Assembly (NCBI GenBank): GCA_018648805.1
Contig: JABGQM010000010.1
Span: forward strand, 25,486-89,485
DNA length: 64,000 nucleotides
Direction: 5' to 3'
Source of the DNA: Verrucomicrobiota bacterium
GTDB taxonomy: Bacteria; Verrucomicrobiota; Kiritimatiellia; UBA8416; JABMPJ01
A program made the translations under genes and the position numbers. Below are positions 1 through 8,478 of this stretch, in pieces (the stretch's first letter is position 1; the number at the start of each line of letters is the position of its first letter). The notes beneath the pieces are model-generated. The model made no database searches, was not told the DNA's origin, and saw only the letters and a program-made list of their open reading frames with translations.

Positions 1-2
1 CT

Positions 3-1436
3 GGTGCGCTTGACTCTAAACTGGAAGTGGCCCGCCAGAAAGTGAAGGACGAGAAGAAGCAGGCGGCCAGCGTGGGGCGCAAACTCAAAAATCGCGACAA
101 GAAGGTGGCCCAGTTCAAGGTGGACCTCAAGCAACGTGACAAGACGATCAAGGCGTTGCGTGACGAAGCCCCGAAGGCCGCAACACGTGTCGTTGAGCTG
201 GAAGCGGCGTTGGCCGCAAGTGCCGCCGAGGTGGAGGTCATGCGCGCCGAGTCCGCGTCACTCGCCGCGGCTCATTCGGAGCATACGGCCACCGTGACGG
301 AACATGTCGAGCTGGCGTCGCAGGCCGAAGCCGAGAAGCAGGAGATTGAGGATCGCGTGGCCGAGTTGACCGCCGCGCTGGCACAAGCCCAGGCGGAATC
401 GGAGCAGGCGCAGGTGAGGCAATCAGCTCTCGCGAGCGAAGTGGAGCAGGCGCGCAAAACCCAAAGCTCGCTGCAGGCCGACCTCGATCGGGTCGAAACC
501 GAGATGGCCGCCGCCGCGACCGCGCACGCGGCTCAGCTGGCCGAAAAAGAGTCGCGTTTCGCCGAGAAGGAAGCCCACGTCACGGAGCACGTGAACCAGG
601 GCGCCCGGATCGAAGCCGAAAAGCATGCGCTCGAGAGCCGTGTGGCTGAACTTAAGAAGGCGCTGGCGGGCAGAGATAGCGTCGGGGCAGAGCAGAAGAA
701 GTCCTTGGCCGACAAGAGCTCCGCGCTGGAGGATGCCGAGAAGGCGTTGGCCGCTAAGGACAAAGCGCTGGAAGATGCAGCGCAAGCTCTGTCCGGTAAG
801 GACGCAGCGCTGGAGGATGCCGAGAAGGCGCTGTCCGGTAAGGACGAGGCGCTGGAGGATGCCGAGAAGGCGCTGTCCGGTAAGGACGAGGCGCTGGCGG
901 ATGCCAAGGCGGCCTTGAAGGCGGCTGTCGCGGCGACCGATGATTTGCTGGTGGAACACGGGAAGCTGGAGGTCGCGCAGGAGGCCAACCGGGTGGTCGC
1001 TGACACATTGCAGGACGATCTGAAGCAGGCCGAGTCCAAGACCGCGACACTCAGGGCGGAGTTGGATGATGCCCGCGCTGAAGCGGCCAAGCCGGGGGCC
1101 GAACCCGAGCCGCCCAAGGAGTGGTACCTGCGCTACGATGGCACGAACATGCTGGGGCCGGTAGGCTTTGAGGAGCTGGTGCAGTGGGCCAGGGATTGTC
1201 GCGTGGCGCATGATCACGATGTGTCATCCGACAAGATCTTCTGGGCCAAGGCGGCGGATGTGTCGGCGCTGGCGATGGAGTGGATGGTGACGCTGGTGGA
1301 CGGGACCGAATACGGGCCGATCAATAAGCAAGCCATCCATGACCTGATTGCCGATGAATCGGTCACGAAGGATGCCGAGCTGACCCACTGTCAGACGGGA
1401 GAGAAGCTCAAGGCGCAGGACGTTAAGCCTGAGTAG
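3..1436 (+). CDS. Coiled-coil protein with two C-terminal GYF_2/DUF4339-like domains; the 5' end may lie upstream of the window
   Basis: The ORF track gives 27..1436 (GTG at 27), but the frame stays open to the window edge. A/E/K/L-rich coiled-coil-like sequence with a 14-aa repeat (ALEDAEKALSGKDE). C-terminal segments WYLRYDGTNMLGPVGFEELVQW and WMVTLVDGTEYGPINKQAIHDL resemble GYF_2 domains. Confidence 0.6.
   Translation, partial: GALDSKLEVARQKVKDEKKQAASVGRKLKNRDKKVAQFKVDLKQRDKTIKALRDEAPKAATRVVELEAALAASAAEVEVMRAESASLAAAHSEHTATVTEHVELASQAEAEKQEIEDRVAELTAALAQAQAESEQAQVRQSALASEVEQARKTQSSLQADLDRVETEMAAAATAHAAQLAEKESRFAEKEAHVTEHVNQGARIEAEKHALESRVAELKKALAGRDSVGAEQKKSLADKSSALEDAEKALAAKDKALEDAAQALSGKDAALEDAEKALSGKDEALEDAEKALSGKDEALADAKAALKAAVAATDDLLVEHGKLEVAQEANRVVADTLQDDLKQAESKTATLRAELDDARAEAAKPGAEPEPPKEWYLRYDGTNMLGPVGFEELVQWARDCRVAHDHDVSSDKIFWAKAADVSALAMEWMVTLVDGTEYGPINKQAIHDLIADESVTKDAELTHCQTGEKLKAQDVKPE
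723..905 (+). repeat. In-frame 42-bp tandem repeat (about 4.3 copies) inside the coiled-coil gene
   Basis: Units start at 723, 765, 807, 849 and 891 (GCGCTGGAGGATGCCGAGAAGGCGCTGTCCGGTAAGGACGAG). Copies 3 and 4 are identical. Confidence 0.9.
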
Positions 1437-2229
1437 CTTTTTCCTCGCGCTTGATGTCGTTCCAGTGCGCGTCCATCTCGGCCAGGTCACACTCCTGCAA
1501 GGTCCGCCCCGCGGCGGCGATACGTGTCTCAACGCCGCTGAAACGGCGTATAAACTTGTCGCAGGTCTTGCGCAGGGCCTCTTCGGCGTTGACCTTCTGA
1601 TAGCGCGCCAGGTTGACGACGGCAAAGAGCAGGTCGCCCAGTTCTTCTTCAAGGTGATCGGGGTCGTTGCCCTGCATCGCCTCACGCGTTTCGGCCAGCT
1701 CTTCATCCACCTTGGCCAGGACGTCGCGCACGTCGTCCCAATCGAACCCCACGCGCGCGGCCCGGCTCTGCAGGCGTTGCGCTTTCTGTAGGGCGGGCAG
1801 GTGGCGCGGAATGCCGGCCAGCATGGAGCTGCGCTCCTTCTCGACGGCTTTCAGCTGCTCCCAGTTGGCCAGTACCTCGTCACTGTCCGCTACTTCGACG
1901 TCACCGAAGACATGCGGGTGCCGGTGAATCAGCTTGTCGGAAATGCGATGGGCCACGTCATCAAACGTAAAAGCGGATTCCTCGCTGCGTATACGCGCGT
2001 GCATGGCGATCTGCAGGAGCACATCGCCCAGCTCCTCGGCATGGTCATCCGGGGTGCCGCTGTCGAGGGCATCCAGCACCTCGTAGCACTCCTCGATCAG
2101 GTAGGGCTTGAGGGTTTCAAGGGTCTGTTCACGATCCCAGGGGCAGCCTCCCTCGCCGCGCAGGCGGTCGACGACGTGCAGGAGACGGTCGATGCCGCGC
2201 TCCGGAAGGGGGGCGGCCGGGCGGCTCAT
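1423..2229 (-). CDS. mazG: Nucleoside triphosphate pyrophosphohydrolase MazG
   Basis: Tandem MazG repeats (CPWDREQT; EECYEVLDAL; ELGDVLLQI; second repeat ELAETREA / ELGDLLFAV). Start chosen at MSRPAAP: its ATG (2227-2229) overlaps the thiC stop as ATGA. Confidence 0.85.
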   Translation of the reverse strand: MSRPAAPLPERGIDRLLHVVDRLRGEGGCPWDREQTLETLKPYLIEECYEVLDALDSGTPDDHAEELGDVLLQIAMHARIRSEESAFTFDDVAHRISDKLIHRHPHVFGDVEVADSDEVLANWEQLKAVEKERSSMLAGIPRHLPALQKAQRLQSRAARVGFDWDDVRDVLAKVDEELAETREAMQGNDPDHLEEELGDLLFAVVNLARYQKVNAEEALRKTCDKFIRRFSGVETRIAAAGRTLQECDLAEMDAHWNDIKREEKATQA

Positions 2230-3515
2230 TGCTCGTCCAGGATCTGCTGTGTGTTGCGCACAGCACAGAAGTCTTTGCCGCACATGGAGCAGAAATCTGA
2301 TGCGTCGTCGGCGGACCCCACGCGTGCGGCCTCGTAGCGTGCGCGGGCGCCTTCACCGTCCAGGGCCAGCTCGAACTGCTTTTCCCAGTCGAAGGCGCGC
2401 CGGGCACGCGACATGGCATCGTCACGGTCACGGGCACCGGGCAGGCCGCGCGCCACATCGGCGGCGTGGGCGGCAATACGATAGGCGATCACGCCTTCCT
2501 TGACGTCCTGGGCGTTGGGCAGGCCGAGGTGTTCGGCGGGGGTCACGTAGCAGAGCAGTGAGGCCCCGTGAAAGGCGGCGGCGGTCGCGCCAATGGCCGA
2601 GGTAATGTGGTCATAGCCGGGAGCGATATCGGTCACGACCGGGCCGAGCACGTAGAAGGGCGCTTCGTCGCAGACGCGCTGCTCACGCTCCATGTTCATC
2701 TGGATCTGATCGAACGGTACGTGGCCGGGGCCTTCGACCATGACCTGTACACCCGCATCGCGGGTGCGCTTGACCAGCTCGCCCAGTACATCCAGTTCGG
2801 CGAACTGTGCGTCGTCGCTGGCATCGGCCAGGCAGCCGGGGCGCAGTCCATCACCCAGCGAGAGCGTGACGTCGTGTGTGCGGCAGATGTCCAGGATTTC
2901 GTCCCAGTGCACATAGAGTGGATTCTCCTCGTCGCGCTTGGCCATCCAGCGCGCCAGGATGGCCCCGCCGCGGCTGGCGATGCCCATGATGCGTTTGAGG
3001 GCCAGGTCGACATGGCTGTGCAGGAGGCCGGCATGGATCGTCATGAAGTCGACGCCTTGCTCGGCTTGGTCGCGGATGACCGTGAGCAGCAGCTCGGCCG
3101 TCAGCGCATTCGTGTCGCCTTCGATGCGCGAGAGGGCTTCGTAGATGGGCACGGTGCCGAAGGGCGCCGGACAGATCTCAAGCAAGGCGCGGCGCAGCGT
3201 GCCAAGGTCGGCCCCCACGCTCAAATCCATGACGAAGTCGGCGCCAGCCGCGAGGGCGGTCGTGACTTTGGCCTGTTCCTCTTCCAGGCAGGACTTGTCG
3301 GCGGAACGGCCCAGGTTGGCGTTGACCTTGGTGCGGAAGCGTCGTCCCACAATCTCGGGATCGAGGCGTCCATGCGCCGGGTTGGCGGGCAGCACGGCAC
3401 GGCCGGAGGCCAGCAGCGCCCCCACTTCATCGACGGGAACGTTTTCCTTGTCCGCGACGGCCTGCATGTGGGCCGTAACATCGCCGGCCCGGGCGCGAAG
3501 GAGCTGGGTGCTCAT
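2226..3515 (-). CDS. thiC: Phosphomethylpyrimidine synthase ThiC (short form)
   Basis: 429-aa ORF that reads as ThiC throughout, ending in the CSMCGKDFCAVR cysteine cluster. Confidence 0.95.
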   Translation of the reverse strand: MSTQLLRARAGDVTAHMQAVADKENVPVDEVGALLASGRAVLPANPAHGRLDPEIVGRRFRTKVNANLGRSADKSCLEEEQAKVTTALAAGADFVMDLSVGADLGTLRRALLEICPAPFGTVPIYEALSRIEGDTNALTAELLLTVIRDQAEQGVDFMTIHAGLLHSHVDLALKRIMGIASRGGAILARWMAKRDEENPLYVHWDEILDICRTHDVTLSLGDGLRPGCLADASDDAQFAELDVLGELVKRTRDAGVQVMVEGPGHVPFDQIQMNMEREQRVCDEAPFYVLGPVVTDIAPGYDHITSAIGATAAAFHGASLLCYVTPAEHLGLPNAQDVKEGVIAYRIAAHAADVARGLPGARDRDDAMSRARRAFDWEKQFELALDGEGARARYEAARVGSADDASDFCSMCGKDFCAVRNTQQILDEQ

Positions 3516-4255
3516 GGATGCACAGCCAGGATGTCCATGATCTCGCCGACGGCGTTGTCATCCAAGCTATCGAGAATGCGGTCGGTACCGCCGAAATCCT
3601 GGAAGGAGGTGTAGTCATCCGGAATGACCACACAGCGCATGCCGGCCGCGACGGCGGCATGGGCGGCGCGGCTGCTGCTGGTCAGGACGACGCAGGCTGG
3701 GATGAGAGCGTCAAGCGCGCGCGCGGCGCCCTTCCAGGCCTGGGCGTCCCCGGTGCCGGTATCGCTCTCGGAGGCCACGATGGCACCTTCTTCGGCTTCG
3801 CCGACATCGAGTTTGGCATGCAGCATGTCCGCCGCTTCGGTGTCCAGGTTGCTGACGGCGCCGATGGCGTATCCCTCGGCCTGGGCTTTCTGGATCAGGC
3901 TGACCAGGGCGGCCGAAACCTTGGGGGTGTTATCCACCATGGAAGCGCGGATGCCCTGCAGGATCTCGGGGATCAACTTTTCGGATGACACGCGCGGGTG
4001 ACCGAGGAGCTCCAGTAGGGCGGGCAGGGAGGTCTCAACGGGCGTATCCACGCAGCAGCGTGAAAAATGTACCGGTTCGAGCTTCATGTCCTTGTCGGCC
4101 AGAACGCTCTTCAAGACGTCAAAGACCACTTTGCGGCCCTGGAATCCAATGTTCTCCAGTTCGAACAGCAGTGCAATCGTGGGCTCTGCCGCGATCTCTT
4201 CGGTTACTTCTTCGGTTTCGGTTACTTCTTCGGGGGTCGAAATGTCTTCAGCCAT
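3512..4255 (-). CDS. HAD-superfamily-like protein with degenerate catalytic motifs
   Basis: Start taken at MAEDIST (ATG 4253-4255, GAGG upstream). HAD-like layout, but motif I reads FELENIG where DxDGT is expected, and motif IV reads TSS where GDS/DD is expected. The stop overlaps the thiC ATG (ATGA). Confidence 0.5.
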   Translation of the reverse strand: MAEDISTPEEVTETEEVTEEIAAEPTIALLFELENIGFQGRKVVFDVLKSVLADKDMKLEPVHFSRCCVDTPVETSLPALLELLGHPRVSSEKLIPEILQGIRASMVDNTPKVSAALVSLIQKAQAEGYAIGAVSNLDTEAADMLHAKLDVGEAEEGAIVASESDTGTGDAQAWKGAARALDALIPACVVLTSSSRAAHAAVAAGMRCVVIPDDYTSFQDFGGTDRILDSLDDNAVGEIMDILAVHP

Positions 4256-4316
4256 AATATCCTCAGATCCTTGTATGTGCGTGAACCAGATAAAGTACGG
4301 TAGTTGAGCACAGGAG

Positions 4317-5492
4317 TCAACGGTGCGTTTTGGCGTCTCCGGTGCCCAGCGTAGCGTACAGGTCGTGCACGATCTTGCGGTAAGCCGCCAGGCTGAAGTT
4401 TTGGCGGGCCGAGGCGGCTCCGGCCTCGCCCAAGGCGCGCGCGCGGCCCGGATCGGCGGCGAGGGCCTGCATAGCGGCGGCAAAGGCGGCGGGGTCGGGA
4501 TCGGCCAGGCAGGCGATGGCGGGGGTCATGACCTGGGTGTGCGATTCGATCGTGGTGGCCAGCACCGGCTTGCCGGCCATGAGATAGGAGTAGACCTTCA
4601 TCGGGGTGTTGCCGCCTTTAATGCGCGGCGAAACGAGAATGTCGGCGTGGCGCAAGAGATGGGGCAGCTGGGTCACGGGCCGCGGACCGGTCAGAATAGT
4701 CCGTTGGGCCACGCCCAATTGGGAGGCCTTGGTACGGTAGGTTTCCACATCGCGTGCCGCACCGCCGACAATGAGCAGGGATCCGGCGCCACCCGCTTCG
4801 CAGTGCCGTGCGAAGGCCTCGAGCATGAGATCGATGCCCTGGTAGCGCTCCAGGTTGCCAACATAGAGGAAGATCGGCGCGTCGAGGGCGGGTAGATCCA
4901 GGTCGGGGGTCTCGCTGTGCGGGTCGCTTTCGTCAAAGAGCGGAACGTCGCGCAGGATGGCCATGTGCTTGGCGCCGCCTTCGCGTGCGATGTCGGCCAG
5001 GTAATCGCACACCGGCACGACCGCCGCGGCACGCCGCAGGGCGCGGCGCTCAAAGGCACACATGATGCTGCCCAGCGGCCGCATGAAGGGAAGCTTCTCC
5101 ATAATCTGGCGCGGCATGGAGGAATCCATGTCGAAAACAAAAGGGGTTCCGGTGCGTTGCTGGATGCGCATGGCCATGAAGACCGACTCTTCGACCGCGT
5201 GCACGATGTCGTAGCCGCCTGTGCGTGCCATGCGCATCGCGGCGGGGGCCATCCATGCGTCACAGATCAGCTTCTTGATTGAGAAGCCCGGCTTGATCCC
5301 ATGCACGCCCGGTGGGGCGGGCGCGCGGTGGTGGGTTACGCCGGCATGGAGCGCGACGTTATCGCCTTCGTGATAGCTGAGCAGATCGACGTGGTGTCCG
5401 TCGTCGGCCAGCGTTTCCGCCAGAAGGCGCACGGCAATTGGAGTGCCGCGTTCCTGGTAGAACGGATGGGGTGCCAGGAGCAGTATTTTCAA
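4317..5492 (-). CDS. Glycosyltransferase, GT-B fold (family 4-like)
   Basis: N-terminus MKILLLAPHPFYQERGTP. The C-terminal region ILVSPRIKGGNTPMKVYSYLMAGKPVLAT is typical of GT1/GT4 enzymes. Confidence 0.8.
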   Translation of the reverse strand: MKILLLAPHPFYQERGTPIAVRLLAETLADDGHHVDLLSYHEGDNVALHAGVTHHRAPAPPGVHGIKPGFSIKKLICDAWMAPAAMRMARTGGYDIVHAVEESVFMAMRIQQRTGTPFVFDMDSSMPRQIMEKLPFMRPLGSIMCAFERRALRRAAAVVPVCDYLADIAREGGAKHMAILRDVPLFDESDPHSETPDLDLPALDAPIFLYVGNLERYQGIDLMLEAFARHCEAGGAGSLLIVGGAARDVETYRTKASQLGVAQRTILTGPRPVTQLPHLLRHADILVSPRIKGGNTPMKVYSYLMAGKPVLATTIESHTQVMTPAIACLADPDPAAFAAAMQALAADPGRARALGEAGAASARQNFSLAAYRKIVHDLYATLGTGDAKTHR

Positions 5493-5513
5493 CCGCGCTC
5501 TCCCTTTAGAGGA

Positions 5514-5630
5514 CTAGGCCAGGGCCTTTACGGCACGCAGCCAGGACGGGGCGATCAGGGCATGCCCGGCATCGGTAATGCTGTCGCCCTGGAAAAGCAC
5601 GGTCGTTCCCGCTTCAATCATCGGTTCCAT
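5514..5630 (-). pseudogene. 38-codon remnant of an SGNH/GDSL hydrolase N-terminus
   Basis: The minus strand reads MEPMIEAGTTVLFQGDSITDAGHALIAPSWLRAVKALA* with GGAAACAGG upstream of the ATG. FQGDSITDAG is block I of SGNH hydrolases; the rest of the enzyme is missing. Confidence 0.35.
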
Positions 5631-5746
5631 CCTGTTTCCTTTCGAGTTGCGCTAACGGTGCCGCATGCCGCGTCGTGCGTCAAGCACTCCTGCGCACCGT
5701 ATCTCGTTTACAGCGGCGCCGCTTTGGCGCCATACTGCGGGGCATT

Positions 5747-6529
5747 ATGCCTATGGTTGTTGATACGCACGTACATATCTATCCGGTTTACGAGCTGGGC
5801 GCCTTCGTGGTGGATACAGCCGCGCGGCTGCGCGCCCTGGTGCCCGGCGCGGTCCCGGTGCTCTGTCTGACCGAACGGGCCGGAGAGCATCTGTTCACTG
5901 CGCTCACGGGACAGCCGGTTTTGCCTGGGACGGATCTGCCTTTGCAGACGATCGAGGGGCCGGGCGGCGTGGGGCTCTGTGTGCGGGATCCCGCCGGCCC
6001 GCTCTACCTCCTTCCCGGGCGCCAGGTGGCTACCTCTGAGCGATTGGAAGTGTTGGCTATAGGGCGCGATCTTGAGCTGGCCGACGGAGTTCCGGCAGGT
6101 GACGTAATCGAAGCGATCCTGGCGGCGGGCGGCCTGCCGGTCCTGACCTGGGCCTTCGGCAAGTGGTGGTTCCGGCGTGCCCCGATTGTGCAGGCTTTGA
6201 TCGAGCAGTTTGCCCCGGAGCAGCTCTGGATTGGTGACACCACAATGCGGCCGCGCGAATGGCCGCGCGGTGGCATTATGCGACGCGCCATTGCGGACGG
6301 TGCCCGTATCCTGGCCGGTGGGGATCCGCTGCCCAGCGCGGGCGAGGCCACGCGCGCCGGGCGCTATGCGACGTTGTTGAGCGAGAGCCTGGATGAGCGG
6401 GATCCGGCCGGGTCAATTATACAAGCGTTGCGGGCGTTGCCGCCGGGGGGGAGGACGGTGGGGGCGCGCTCGATTCTGCCGTCGGTTCTGATCCGCCAAG
6501 TGCGGCATCGGGGCCCAGTCGGGCGTTAA
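5747..6529 (+). CDS. Putative metal-dependent hydrolase (amidohydrolase/PHP-like)
   Basis: Start at MPMVVDTHVHIY (D-x-H-x-H metal motif). No other motif recognised. Confidence 0.45.
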   Translation: MPMVVDTHVHIYPVYELGAFVVDTAARLRALVPGAVPVLCLTERAGEHLFTALTGQPVLPGTDLPLQTIEGPGGVGLCVRDPAGPLYLLPGRQVATSERLEVLAIGRDLELADGVPAGDVIEAILAAGGLPVLTWAFGKWWFRRAPIVQALIEQFAPEQLWIGDTTMRPREWPRGGIMRRAIADGARILAGGDPLPSAGEATRAGRYATLLSESLDERDPAGSIIQALRALPPGGRTVGARSILPSVLIRQVRHRGPVGR

Positions 6530-7277
6530 GGTGTTGCTCCCATAACTTGGCGTACTTGGCAAAGACCCCATAGGCGCTGCTCATGGCTACGATCAACCCC
6601 GGGATGCCGTCCATAAATCCGAGCTTGATAAAATAGCCGCGCAGGAAGCGCAGAAACGGGCGTAGGAGAAAGTCCATCATGCGCAGGGGGCGCCCGTCTT
6701 CGAACTGGCCGCCGGCGGTGATGCTCGAGAACTTGTTCATTGAGGCGATCTGGTCGTCGATGCAGCTATAGGTGTAGTGGTACATCGGGTTTTTGAGCCG
6801 GCGTACGGAACCATCGACCTCGATGCGGTCGTGCGGTTCGCGGCCGCCGCAGCGACCTTCACTCTTGTTGAAGAGGCGCAGCTTGGTGTCGGGGTACCAG
6901 TCGCCGTGACGGATCCAGCGATGGAGGTAGCGCACCATGCGCGGAAACTCGTAGCCGTCATAGCGCTCATTGCGCCCCGAGCGGAACTCCTCGAGGATCT
7001 CATCGCGCAGCCCGGGTGAGATTTCTTCATCGGCATCGATGAAGAGAATCCAACTGCCCGAGGCGAGGTCCTTGATCAGGTTCTTCTGGCCGATATAGCC
7101 CAGCCAGCGATGCTGGTAGACGAGGTCGGTGTACTCTTTGCATATCTCAACCGTGCGGTCCGTGCTGAAGCTGTCGACCACGATGATCTCGCTGGCCCAC
7201 GTGACACTCTCCAGGCAGCGACGGATGTTGTGCTCCTCGTTACCGGCCGTAATACAAACTGAAATGCGATCGGGCAT
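6417..7277 (-). CDS. Family 2 glycosyltransferase
   Basis: Start at MPDRISVCITAGNEEHNIRRCLESV (ATG 7275-7277). ILFIDADEE is a DxD-type motif. The low-complexity P/S/A tail overlaps the convergent gene. Confidence 0.8.
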   Translation of the reverse strand: MPDRISVCITAGNEEHNIRRCLESVTWASEIIVVDSFSTDRTVEICKEYTDLVYQHRWLGYIGQKNLIKDLASGSWILFIDADEEISPGLRDEILEEFRSGRNERYDGYEFPRMVRYLHRWIRHGDWYPDTKLRLFNKSEGRCGGREPHDRIEVDGSVRRLKNPMYHYTYSCIDDQIASMNKFSSITAGGQFEDGRPLRMMDFLLRPFLRFLRGYFIKLGFMDGIPGLIVAMSSAYGVFAKYAKLWEQHLNARLGPDAALGGSEPTAESSAPPPSSPPAATPATLV

Positions 7278-7461
7278 AGCTAATCGTTCCTCGTCCTCTC
7301 GTGAAAGCGAGAGGAGGGTAGCCGAAACAGAGGCGGACTGCAAGGATCGGGGGCCGCTGTGCGTGGTGCCGGGGTGGTCGGCAGAGAGGCGACACATAAA
7401 CTTTGTGTTGCAAAGGGCTTTGCGTGGTGTTAGGGTGTGGGTGTCGTTGAGAGGGAAAAGG

Positions 7462-8076
7462 ATGATTGCACACCACATACATGATGCCTTGGCGCAGGTG
7501 CGACAGCTGCGTGAGGTGGTCCTTGAGAAGCGCGGGTTTCACGGGTATTCCGGCATAGCGCGCGTTGTGGCCGGGATGATCGCACTGGTGGGCACGGCGG
7601 TGCTGGCCTCGCCGGCTTATCCGGCCACCAACCTGGCGCATCTGCTGGGGTGGGGTGGGGTGCTGGCCCTGGCGCTGGGGCTGAACTACGGCTCCCTGGC
7701 GCGCTGGTTCCTGTGCGACTCCGAGGCGCGGCGTGAACTGCTGCGTGTCTTGCCGGCCATCGATGCGGTGCCACCTTTGGCGGTGGGCGCCCTCTTCAGC
7801 ATCCTTTTTGTGAAACTGCAGCTCTATCCCTACCTGCCCGGGATGTGGATGTGTCTCTACAGTCTGGCGCACTTTCCTTACCGGCTTTCACTACCCAAGG
7901 CGAACTACGCCGTCGGCGTGGGCTACCTGCTCTGCGGGGCGGCTTCTCTGCTTCTGGCCGGCGAAGACTCTTTCATGAACCCCTGGCCCATGGGACTGGT
8001 CTTCTTTGCCGGCGAGCTGGCGGGCGGGATTGTGCTTTATCGAAACCACGGCGGAAGGAACGGACAGCATGCCTAA
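7462..8076 (+). CDS. Integral membrane protein, unknown function
   Basis: ATG at 7462 preceded by GAGGGAAAAG. Several hydrophobic helices (VVAGMIALVGTAVLA, GWGGVLALALGL, LLCGAASLLLAG, and others). Confidence 0.55.
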   Translation: MIAHHIHDALAQVRQLREVVLEKRGFHGYSGIARVVAGMIALVGTAVLASPAYPATNLAHLLGWGGVLALALGLNYGSLARWFLCDSEARRELLRVLPAIDAVPPLAVGALFSILFVKLQLYPYLPGMWMCLYSLAHFPYRLSLPKANYAVGVGYLLCGAASLLLAGEDSFMNPWPMGLVFFAGELAGGIVLYRNHGGRNGQHA

Positions 8077-8443
8077 AGACGAAACATCACCCTACGAAGC
8101 CTTGGAGCGGATTTTTCATGAGCCCAATCGACTGGCTATTATGTCAGCCCTGTGCGCGGCTGATGAGGGTTTGCCCTTCACCGGGCTGCGCGATGCGTGT
8201 GGTCTGACGGACGGCAACCTGAGCCGGCACCTCAAGGCGCTCGATGCCGCCGGCGTGCTGCGCATCAAGAAGGTGTTCGTGGATGCCAAGCCGCGTACGA
8301 CGGTGGCGCTGTCGAAGAAGGGGCTGCGCCGATTCTCCGAGTATCTCGACGCACTAAACGATGTGCTGGCCGCGGCGCAGGCCGCCATGCCGGTCGAAAC
8401 AACCCCCGCCGCCATGCCGCTGGGGCGTAGGGCCCGAGCTTAG
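8069..8443 (+). CDS. Winged-helix transcriptional regulator (ArsR/HTH_34-like)
   Basis: MPKDETSPYEALERIFHEPNRLAIMSAL...LTDGNLSRHLKALDAAGVLRIKK is a typical wHTH. The start overlaps the upstream gene by 8 nt. Confidence 0.7.
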   Translation: MPKDETSPYEALERIFHEPNRLAIMSALCAADEGLPFTGLRDACGLTDGNLSRHLKALDAAGVLRIKKVFVDAKPRTTVALSKKGLRRFSEYLDALNDVLAAAQAAMPVETTPAAMPLGRRARA

Positions 8444-8478
8444 ACTTTAGACAAAGAACAGAGAGAAGGGAGTTTGCG

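Noticed and set aside
4256-4316. TPP riboswitch upstream of the thiC-containing chain
   Set aside because: The spacer is only 61 nt and lacks the CTGAGA / ACCTGATCTGGATAATGCCAGCG-type core. thiC itself has no upstream spacer at all.
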